Assembly (NCBI GenBank): GCA_026713145.1
Contig: JAPOPA010000355.1
Coordinates: forward strand, 1-49,519
Direction: 5' to 3'
DNA: 49,519 nt
From: Chloroflexota bacterium
GTDB lineage: Bacteria > Chloroflexota > Dehalococcoidia > Lucifugimonadales > VXLM01
The notes under the pieces were generated by a model, which worked only from the letters and a program-made list of their open reading frames with translations, was not told the origin of the DNA and ran no database searches. Position 1 is the first letter of the stretch; every line of letters begins with the position of its first letter. The translations under genes and the position numbers were made by a program. Shown here piece after piece: positions 34,146 through 41,934 of this stretch.

Positions 34146-35492
34146 TCAAACCGGCGGGGCGAGATGCACGTCGAGCACTCTCTCGCACCAGGAGGCGGCG
34201 GAGAGAAGGGTTGCCTCCTCGAGGGGGGCGGAGGCCAGCTGGATGCCGAGGGGTAGACCGTCCTCACTGAGGCCGGAGGGTATGGAGATGGCTGGGAAGC
34301 CGACGGTCGTCCAGAGCCATTGGCAGGCGGGGTTGCCGGTCGTGGACGTGTCGGGAGCTGGCGCGAGGGTTGAGGGAGTGAGGATCGCGTCGTAGGGCTC
34401 GACGGCCTTTAGAAGCTCGTGGCGCAGGTCGCGACGGAGGGTCTGGGCCTGAATGTACTTGGTGGCCGGGACTGACATCCCGTTCTCGATTACTCCCCGC
34501 GTCGTGGGCATGTAGTCGTCGGCGTGGGCCGCAAAGTCAGATGCGTGAGCGTCGGCGGCCTCGGCGTTTTGGACGATGCCGTGCGCCTCGCGACCGTCGT
34601 GCAAGTCGATGGGGATGCGCACCTCCTCGATGAACGCGCCTTCCTGGATGAGGCTGGCGACCACGTGATCGATGTGGTCCTGTACCTCCGGTGTGGCCTC
34701 TTCGACGAAATACTGATACATGTAGCCGATCTTGGGGGGAGAGGCTGAGCTCAGGGAGGCGGTGTAGTCGGTTGCGGGCGATGTGAGCGAGATGTCGTCG
34801 TTCGGGTCGTGCTGAGCGAGAACGCCGAGGATGATGGCGGCGTCCTCAACCGTGCGGGTGAACCAGCCCATGGTATCGAGAGACCACGCGACGGGCATGA
34901 CGCCGTAGCGGCTCACGAGTCCGAGCGTGGGCTTTATGCCGACGACGCCGGTGTATGCGGCGGGGCGCAGGACGGAGCCGGCGGTCTGGGAGCCGAGGGC
35001 GACTGGGAACATCCGAGCGGCGGTACCGGCGGCGGAGCCGCTGCTCGATCCGCCGGGGGTGCGGTCGAAGTTCCAGGGATTCTTGGTCGGAGGGGGCTCA
35101 AACATGGCGAACTCAGTCGTGACGGTCTTTCCGAGCATGATACCGCCCGCCTGCTTGAGCAGCGCGACGGCGGTCGAGTCGTAGTCAGGTACGAAGCCTT
35201 CGTAGACCTTGGAGCACCCGGTGGTCTCTACGCCCTGGGTGTAGAAGATGTCCTTGACGGCGAACGGGATGCCGTGCAGGGGCCCGGCAGGGCCGCTCTC
35301 GGCCAACTGGCGTGCGCTCTCGGCTGCGGCATCGCGAGCGGCGTCCTCGTCGAGATTGACCCATACGTTGAGTTGCGGATCGAGGGTGCGGCTGCGCGCG
35401 AGGAGCGAGTCGGTCAGTTCCACGGGCGATAGGCCGCCTCGCCGTATCTCGGCTGCGGCCTGGGCTATGGTCAGTTCGTATGGTTCAGTCAT
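34146..35492 (-). CDS. Amidase (amidase-signature family, GatA-like)
   Basis: 448-aa ORF. 'LHGIPFAVKD' and 'GGSSSGSAAGTAA' (AS signature with Ser-cisSer-Lys positions). Confidence 0.9.
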   Translation of the reverse strand: MTEPYELTIAQAAAEIRRGGLSPVELTDSLLARSRTLDPQLNVWVNLDEDAARDAAAESARQLAESGPAGPLHGIPFAVKDIFYTQGVETTGCSKVYEGFVPDYDSTAVALLKQAGGIMLGKTVTTEFAMFEPPPTKNPWNFDRTPGGSSSGSAAGTAARMFPVALGSQTAGSVLRPAAYTGVVGIKPTLGLVSRYGVMPVAWSLDTMGWFTRTVEDAAIILGVLAQHDPNDDISLTSPATDYTASLSSASPPKIGYMYQYFVEEATPEVQDHIDHVVASLIQEGAFIEEVRIPIDLHDGREAHGIVQNAEAADAHASDFAAHADDYMPTTRGVIENGMSVPATKYIQAQTLRRDLRHELLKAVEPYDAILTPSTLAPAPDTSTTGNPACQWLWTTVGFPAISIPSGLSEDGLPLGIQLASAPLEEATLLSAASWCERVLDVHLAPPV

Positions 35493-35561
35493 GGATGGGC
35501 TCCGGGATGCTGGGTGTTAGTACGATGTCAACATGGTTTTGATATTGCAATTCACCCTCAC

Positions 35562-35613
35562 CCCCGTATCAAGTACGGGGCAGGCTCTAGCCCTCTCCCA
35601 CGACGGGAGAGGG
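35562..35613. repeat. Double-hairpin REP-like element
   Basis: CCCCGTA-tcaag-TACGGGG (35562-35580) and CCCTCTCCC-acgac-GGGAGAGGG (35591-35613) both have perfect stems. The element lies in the gap between the oxidoreductase stop and the amidase start. No U-tract follows. Confidence 0.5.
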
Positions 35614-35644
35614 GATAAATCGGCATCCGTCCAGTTTGCTATAT

Positions 35645-36823
35645 TCAATCTGACTGGGTTCTGGGTACTGGGTGACGTGGGATGGGGAGTTGTATTTCCT
35701 TGTTTTGGGCGGCGGATATGAAGGCGGCCATGAGAATCTCGACGGGCTGGGCGGCCTCGCGGGCGGTGATGAGGGGACGGTCTTCGCTCTCGATGCAGTC
35801 GACGAAGGCGGCGATGTCGTCGACCATCACGTCGCGTCCGCCGTCGAGGCGACGCCAGCGGTTGCGGGGCATCATCGGCACGCGCTCGTCGGTGGAGCCC
35901 CACATCCTCATGGGATCGAAGGGGTCGCGGTCCGGCTGAACGAAGCTGGGGTCGGTGTTGTAGACCTCGACGCGTGGCCGGTTGGCGTCGAAGGTCGCGG
36001 TGGCCCTGTCTCCGACGAGGACGATGCGCTGGACGCCGCCTCCCGGATGGCTCATGTAGCCGAATCGTCCGGAGATGATCGAGGCGGAAATGCCGCCTTC
36101 GAGCTGCATGGAGATGGAGCCGAAGTCCTCCGTGTCATTCTCGACGTGCTCAGCGAAGAAGTAGTTGCCGGTGAGGGCGGTGACGGACTCGGCCTTTTGC
36201 CCGGTCAGCAAGTGGATGACGGTAAGAGGGTACACGCCTATGTCGAACATCTCGCGCTTGGACTCGGGGAAGGTGAATTCCGTGTGGCGCTCTTTTTCCT
36301 TGCGGACGACGTTCGCTGGCGCTGTACCTGGCGGGCCCTTGGCGAACAGTTCCTCGCAGTGGATGGCGCGCAGGGTCCCAAGGGCGCCGCTCTCAATGGC
36401 GTGCTTGGCACGTTGGACCCAGCCGGAGTGGACGGAGGAGTACATCTGGTTCACGACCCCGGCCTTGTCCATCGCCTCGACGATGGCGTCGGCAGCCTCG
36501 ACGCTTCCGCACAGCGGCTTGTCGAGGTAGACGTGCTTGCCCGCCTCGGCACACTTGACCGCGACGACGCCCCGCCGCTCCATGCGGGCGCACATGCTGA
36601 CGATCTGCACGTCGGTCCTTGCAAGCGCCTCGTCGACATCACGGATATAGGGGATGCCGTGGTCGTCGGCGAGCTCTTGATTGAGGTCGTGGCGCATGTG
36701 GGGAGCGTCGGCCTCGTCGGCGACGGCAACGAGGCGGCAGCGGGGGTGATTGGTGAAGACCGCGGCGTGGCTCTCCTGGTGGGAGCGCTTGCCGCCTATG
36801 AGTAGGACACCGAGTGTTGACAC
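35645..36823 (-). CDS. Gfo/Idh/MocA-family oxidoreductase
   Basis: 'LGVLLIGGKRSHQESHAAVF...RLVAVAD' Rossmann fold, 'GKHVYLDKPL'. The start is set at GTG 36823, preceded by GAGGAG. The track's 42-codon extension is Arg-rich and overlaps the upstream ORF. Confidence 0.85.
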   Translation of the reverse strand: MSTLGVLLIGGKRSHQESHAAVFTNHPRCRLVAVADEADAPHMRHDLNQELADDHGIPYIRDVDEALARTDVQIVSMCARMERRGVVAVKCAEAGKHVYLDKPLCGSVEAADAIVEAMDKAGVVNQMYSSVHSGWVQRAKHAIESGALGTLRAIHCEELFAKGPPGTAPANVVRKEKERHTEFTFPESKREMFDIGVYPLTVIHLLTGQKAESVTALTGNYFFAEHVENDTEDFGSISMQLEGGISASIISGRFGYMSHPGGGVQRIVLVGDRATATFDANRPRVEVYNTDPSFVQPDRDPFDPMRMWGSTDERVPMMPRNRWRRLDGGRDVMVDDIAAFVDCIESEDRPLITAREAAQPVEILMAAFISAAQNKEIQLPIPRHPVPRTQSD

Positions 36824-36834
36824 GGGTGGTCTCC

Positions 36835-37191
36835 TCACGCCTCGTGGTACAGGACACCGCGACTGCCGAGGAGCATCAGGTCGATGCTCGCGCCCGTTGC
36901 CTGCGGTGAGGACGAGACGACTATGAGCGCGCCTTGCCCGCCAGGCCACTTCAACAGGTCAGTGACGGAAACGCCCGTCGGATTACGCCGCGTCGTGCGG
37001 CTGGCGCACGGCCTGCCGAACCAGCCCTCGGACATGGCGGCCAGCCGGTTTGCAGTGATCGTCGTGAGGCCGTTTAGGGGGGAGTACGCCACGAACCTGG
37101 CAAATCGAGGCGTGCCGAGGCTGCCGTCGTCGATGGCGCGGCGGACGGCTAGGTCAAGCTGTTCGAGATGGTCGGTCTGGGTTGTGGTCAA
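36835..37191 (-). CDS. Hypothetical protein (possibly a stand-alone Gfo/Idh/MocA C-terminal-like fragment)
   Basis: 118-aa ORF that ends 11 nt before the oxidoreductase start. Its composition looks protein-like rather than an antisense artefact, but I recognise no motif. Confidence 0.45.
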   Translation of the reverse strand: MTTTQTDHLEQLDLAVRRAIDDGSLGTPRFARFVAYSPLNGLTTITANRLAAMSEGWFGRPCASRTTRRNPTGVSVTDLLKWPGGQGALIVVSSSPQATGASIDLMLLGSRGVLYHEA

Positions 37192-37264
37192 TGGTGGGAT
37201 TCTCCCGCACGAAACGGGTCAGAACGGTGCAGGGAAACAGTGTGCCATATGACGGGGCCGAATG

Positions 37265-39454
37265 CTACGGCGTGACGAACTCCATGGAGGTGCTTAGGCG
37301 TCGCTCCTTCTCTTGCCGGATGCCTCCGATGAGAAGGACTCTGCCGTCTGGTAGGAGGGTAGCGGAGTGGTAGGAACGGGGCTCGGCGAGTTCGGGGCCG
37401 GGCGACCAAGAGTTGGTGCTTGGATCGAAAATCTCAGTTGTAGAATGCACTACAAACTCGTCGAAACCCTTCGTCCCGTCCATTCCACCAGCCGCAAGAA
37501 CCCTGCCGTCGGAAAGCAGTGTCAACGAGTGACCGGAGCGAGGGTTGGTCATACTCGGAGCCGCTGTCCATTTGGCGGAAGAGGGGTCGTATACCTCGGC
37601 GCTGCTGTCCGCGGCGTTTGAATTGGACAAGATACCACTTCCGGCGACCAGAACCCTGCCATCGGCCAGCGCAACGGCCTTCGGTTCTAGTCGCTCGGTT
37701 CCCATACTGGCAGTGGACTTCCAGATATCGGTAGCGGGGTCGTAAGTGGCGGCTCGCGTGGATGAGTCACGTGTACCCCTCCCGCCCATTACCAGCACTC
37801 GCCCATCTTGCAGGGGAACCGCCGCCTGATTATTAGAAGCCAGGACCAACACTTCATCTTCGGTGAACACTAACATGTCAGCCGCCTGATGCCACTGATC
37901 CGTTTGGGGATCGAATAGCTCAACTGTAGGTTCGATCCTGGTCGAATTTACGATAAGCACACCGGTTACAAAGGGCACGGACAAGACTCGGCCGTCATTG
38001 AGCAGCACGAGGTGAGGCATCGGGTGCCCGAGAGGGCGAGGTACGGACTTCCACGCGTTGGCAGCCGGGTCGAAGATATCGGCTACGCCGAAGAACTCGC
38101 TCCATTCTGCGTCTACCTGAATCCCAACCCTGAATACCTTGCCATCCGGGAGCCTGACTACTGAATGGAAGATGCGCCAGTCGTCTTGCATCCGTGAAGC
38201 GGGGTCTTCAAGCATCCAGAGGCCGGTCTCGAAATCGTAGATCTGAATAAGCCCTACCGGAATCTCGTCATGTCGTCCGCCCGTTACCTCGTCATGTACT
38301 CCGCCCGTTACTAAGAGCCGTCTGTCGTCGAGGTAGACTGCCTGATGAATGAAGCGTGGGAAAGCGAGCTCAGGTGTAGTGATAGCGACGGTCTTTCCGT
38401 AGTCGAAGAATCGGGCCGTGAGCGTCGCGTTGGCGCTCGCGATGCTGATGTCCAGGCCAGGGACGCCCTGTTCGCCGAACTCGACGAGACCGCTTGCCTC
38501 AACTTTATGCAGCAGGCCGTCGTCGACGCCGATCCAGTAGAGCACTTCGAGGTCGCCGGTTGCGCCGCCGATCTCGACGCCGGGCCTCACGGCAGACACG
38601 ACGTGTGTTTGCGTGCCGTCGAGGGTCTCGCTGCGGACGAGAACGACATCGGTGGCATCGCTTGCGTCCGATCCGAGGAAGACGCTCGGCCCGGCGAAGA
38701 AGGGAGAGTCGCCGGGGAGTGGGGACCATGTGTTGGCATCGGCGTCGAAGATGTAGCTCGTGCCGCCGGAGGTGATGAGCTTCGACTCGATGACCTGAAA
38801 GGGGATGGTGATGGTGAGGTCAGCGGAGCTGTAGTCGATTGCGGGATGTAGGTAGGTAGAATCGAGTGTGTACAAGTCGCCCGCGTACTTGACGGGCACC
38901 TCGATAGCGAGGCCGCCGGTGCGCACGTCGAGGACGATGTCGATCTCAAGAGCGAATGTCACGGCCTCGGACATGGCGAGTCGGGCCGTGTTCAGGATGT
39001 CGACCGCGGGATCGGGCGTGGTAGTCGTTGCAGGGCTTGACGATGAGGCCGCTGGAGTGGGCACGGTCGCGGCGGTTGGGGTGGCGACGGGCAGAGGTGT
39101 TGGCGTGGGCAAGGGGGTCGCGGTGGGTGTGGGGGTAGGGATTGGAGTGGCCGTTGGTGTGGGGGTTGGCGGAACGGGGGTCGCAGTCGGAGTGTTCGTC
39201 GGCAGGGGAGTCGGCGTCGGTTCGGGGTCGTCGCCGCACGCGACGAGAAAGAGAACGACGGTAATTATCGCGCCGACCAAGCCTGCAGCTTTCCCACAGT
39301 GCGCTCTTCGGCGAGGAATATCCAAATTGATGGCGAGGCCGTTGGTGTCGTAGAGGGAATCCGGCATTACGGTTGCTATTGAAGCACAGGTGGTGTCGGG
39401 TCGCAAAGTGGAAGAGTACCTCACCGTGGAAATGGCGAGGGGTAGTTGGTTCAT
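37265..39454 (-). CDS. Lipoprotein: Pro/Thr linker, LolA/LppX-like domain, Kelch-repeat beta-propeller
   Basis: 729-aa ORF. Lipobox 'LFLVACGDD', then a (TP)n linker. Repeated 'DGRVL(V/A/L).GG' Kelch blades in the C-terminal half. An alternative start is ATG 39367. Confidence 0.8.
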   Translation of the reverse strand: MNQLPLAISTVRYSSTLRPDTTCASIATVMPDSLYDTNGLAINLDIPRRRAHCGKAAGLVGAIITVVLFLVACGDDPEPTPTPLPTNTPTATPVPPTPTPTATPIPTPTPTATPLPTPTPLPVATPTAATVPTPAASSSSPATTTTPDPAVDILNTARLAMSEAVTFALEIDIVLDVRTGGLAIEVPVKYAGDLYTLDSTYLHPAIDYSSADLTITIPFQVIESKLITSGGTSYIFDADANTWSPLPGDSPFFAGPSVFLGSDASDATDVVLVRSETLDGTQTHVVSAVRPGVEIGGATGDLEVLYWIGVDDGLLHKVEASGLVEFGEQGVPGLDISIASANATLTARFFDYGKTVAITTPELAFPRFIHQAVYLDDRRLLVTGGVHDEVTGGRHDEIPVGLIQIYDFETGLWMLEDPASRMQDDWRIFHSVVRLPDGKVFRVGIQVDAEWSEFFGVADIFDPAANAWKSVPRPLGHPMPHLVLLNDGRVLSVPFVTGVLIVNSTRIEPTVELFDPQTDQWHQAADMLVFTEDEVLVLASNNQAAVPLQDGRVLVMGGRGTRDSSTRAATYDPATDIWKSTASMGTERLEPKAVALADGRVLVAGSGILSNSNAADSSAEVYDPSSAKWTAAPSMTNPRSGHSLTLLSDGRVLAAGGMDGTKGFDEFVVHSTTEIFDPSTNSWSPGPELAEPRSYHSATLLPDGRVLLIGGIRQEKERRLSTSMEFVTP

Positions 39455-39517
39455 GTATATTGACTCGAAGAGTTAGCTTTGAATCCGTAACGTCACACTA
39501 CGTTTAGGACATCTCTC

Positions 39518-40399
39518 ATGGAGCTTATCGCGGACCTGCAGACTTCTGCCCGGCACGCCCAAGCGGCGCTGTTCTCGCCGGACGGCGGGGAACTCATCAC
39601 TATGGGGCAGGACCCGGCGGTGAAGGTATGGACTGTGCCGGGTTTCGAGTTGGCGCGGTCGCTCGACGGGCATGACAAGAGCGTCAACTGCGGCGCATTC
39701 ACGGAGGACTGCGGGACGCTGGTGACGGGGTCGACCGACAAGACGGTGCGAGTCTGGGATTTTCATGAAGGGACGCTGCTTCGTACACATAAGGGGCATA
39801 CGAATACGGTCGCGGGGGTCAGGATATCGCCGGATGGGATGTGGGCTGCGTCGGCTTCCTACGATGGGACGGTGCGGCTGTGGCCGTTGAGTAACGAGGG
39901 CGACACGAGGGTGCTCAAGGGCCACAAGAAGAATGTAATTTCCGTCGAGTTCGTCGACGGGGGAGCTGCGCTGGCCTCGGCGGGAATCGGGGGAGAAATA
40001 CTGCTTTGGGACGTTGAGAGCGGTGAGTCAATCGGCGCGCTTGAGGGACATACGACGGCTGCAGGTTCGCTGCATCTCGACCCGGACGGAGGACGCTTGT
40101 GGTCGCTCGGCTACGACGGGAGAATTCTGGTGCACTCGCTGGCCGACCGGTCGGTCGAGCGGGAGATCGAGGTCGCAGAGGAGCGCCCATTCATGTTGAA
40201 CCTGTCGTCGGACGGCGGTCGACTGGGCATGACCTACTCCGGCGGGGCGGCTGTCTACTCAACTGATCCGTACGAGCGTATTTGTGCTGCTTCGACGAAG
40301 GTGAAGGGTATGTATGGCGTGGCGTTCTCGCCGGACCGCAGCCTGCTTGCCGCCGCGTCGGCTGACGGCAAGACCCGAGTGTGGCGCGTTGACGGGTAG
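39518..40399 (+). CDS. WD40-repeat protein (propeller only)
   Basis: 293-aa ORF. Repeats include 'GHDKSVNCGAFTEDCGTLVTGSTDKTVRVWD', 'GHTNTVAGVRISPDGMWAASASYDGTVRLW' and 'SADGKTRVWR'. Confidence 0.85.
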   Translation: MELIADLQTSARHAQAALFSPDGGELITMGQDPAVKVWTVPGFELARSLDGHDKSVNCGAFTEDCGTLVTGSTDKTVRVWDFHEGTLLRTHKGHTNTVAGVRISPDGMWAASASYDGTVRLWPLSNEGDTRVLKGHKKNVISVEFVDGGAALASAGIGGEILLWDVESGESIGALEGHTTAAGSLHLDPDGGRLWSLGYDGRILVHSLADRSVEREIEVAEERPFMLNLSSDGGRLGMTYSGGAAVYSTDPYERICAASTKVKGMYGVAFSPDRSLLAAASADGKTRVWRVDG

Positions 40400-40487
40400 G
40401 GTGTCCGAGCACGTCTGGCTAACATCCCCTGTGGCACGGCGTTTTCATGAGTAAGGACGTAGTCGAGCCGCGCCTCAGGAGAATCCG

Positions 40488-41894
40488 TTGATTTCACGAG
40501 CCTTGCGTAACACAGCCCTGCTCATCCTTGGGGCTCTCGCGCTTGTGCTAGTTGCGTGCGGCTCGGATCCCGCGCCCGTGCCAACGCCCGTCTCAACGGC
40601 TACGAGTACAGCGACGCTGCCGACGGCGACGCCAGAGCCACCGCCAACGTCTACGACGGTCCCGCCGAGTCCCACGTCCGCTACGACCACGCAGGCGGTC
40701 ATCCCGACTGTCGAGCGAGAGGTCATACCTCGCAACGCGGAGGTTGAGCGGCTGGGCGCGGCCACCATGGAGACGCTAACGTTCCTGACGAATGAGTTCA
40801 GTCCACGAGCGAGCGGGACGGAGGAGGAGGTTGTCGCGGCGGAGTATCTGAGGGACGAGTTCGCCGCGCTCGGGTACGATGCGTCTATTCAGCCCTTCGA
40901 GGTGCAGTCGATATCGCCGTACGGACGGCTCTTGACGGTCGACGAGCCGCAGGAGATGGACATCCAGGCGTTTCCGATGTGGATGACCGCGGCGGGTGTC
41001 GTGACAGGGCAGATGGTCGACGTGGGCCGGGCGTTGTCGGATGACATTCCGAATGATGGCCTTGACGGCAGGATCGCGCTCATCGAGCGGGGGGAGGTCA
41101 CGTTTGACGAGAAGGTCACGGCGGTCTTCAACGCGGGCGCAATCGGCGCGGTTGTGTACAACAACGAGCCGGGGCCGTTCGTAGGCGCGCTTGGCGGAGA
41201 GACCATACCGGCGGTGGCGGTCTCGCAGGAGGACGGCGACATGCTCAAGTCGCTCGTGGAGGACGGACCCGTGACGGCGACGATCCGTCTTGAGTATACG
41301 GAGGAGTCCAGGAACGTGATCGCAGACAAGCCGGGGACTGCGGACGACGGGCGGGTGGTCGTGCTGGGTGGGCACTACGACACCGTGCCGGACGTTCCCG
41401 GCGCGAACGACAACGGCTCCGGCATCGCGACGCTCCTGACAATCGCGCGGGAGATAGCAGACCGGGAATACCCGTTCACGGTGCGTTTCATCGCGTTCGG
41501 GGCGGAAGAGCTGGGGCTGCACGGGAGCCAGCACTATGTCGGACAGCTCTCGGACGAGGAGATCGCCTCGACCGTGGCGATGCTGAACTTCGACGCGCTC
41601 GGATCGGGGCCAACGACGGCTACGCTGGGCACGCTGAGCCTGCAGAGTATGGTGGAAGAGTATGCCGAGCAGCACGGCATCGACATCAGGATACGCTACA
41701 CGATGGACTGGGGCAGCAGCGATCATGCGGCATTCCACGACGCGGGCATTGACCATATCTTCTTCCTGGGCGAGGACTTTTCGCGTATCCACACACCGGA
41801 CGACAAGCTGGAGTTCGTCGAGACCGAGCTTCTGGGCACATCGGCCTTCTTGGGGATGGCGCTGCTGGACATGTTGGCGGAGGATGGGGGGTAG
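40488..41894 (+). CDS. M28-family aminopeptidase with PA domain, lipoprotein
   Basis: TTG start 6 nt after AGGAG. Lipobox 'LVLVACGSD'. 'VVLGGHYDTVPDVPGANDNGSGIATLL' and 'FIAFGAEELGLHGSQHY' are the M28 zinc ligand blocks. Confidence 0.85.
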   Translation: MISRALRNTALLILGALALVLVACGSDPAPVPTPVSTATSTATLPTATPEPPPTSTTVPPSPTSATTTQAVIPTVEREVIPRNAEVERLGAATMETLTFLTNEFSPRASGTEEEVVAAEYLRDEFAALGYDASIQPFEVQSISPYGRLLTVDEPQEMDIQAFPMWMTAAGVVTGQMVDVGRALSDDIPNDGLDGRIALIERGEVTFDEKVTAVFNAGAIGAVVYNNEPGPFVGALGGETIPAVAVSQEDGDMLKSLVEDGPVTATIRLEYTEESRNVIADKPGTADDGRVVVLGGHYDTVPDVPGANDNGSGIATLLTIAREIADREYPFTVRFIAFGAEELGLHGSQHYVGQLSDEEIASTVAMLNFDALGSGPTTATLGTLSLQSMVEEYAEQHGIDIRIRYTMDWGSSDHAAFHDAGIDHIFFLGEDFSRIHTPDDKLEFVETELLGTSAFLGMALLDMLAEDGG

Positions 41895-41934
41895 CGGGGC
41901 TATGGTTGGAGAGGCTCCAGCGATGATTGTTCAG

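Noticed and set aside
35672-36949. 377-aa plus-strand ORF, and the 42-codon N-terminal extension of the oxidoreductase ORF
   Set aside because: The first is antisense to the Gfo/Idh/MocA gene. The extension is Arg-rich, overlaps the upstream ORF and lacks an RBS, whereas GTG 36823 has GAGGAG upstream.
40776-41792. 338-aa minus-strand ORF
   Set aside because: It is antisense to the M28 peptidase gene and is Arg/His-rich.
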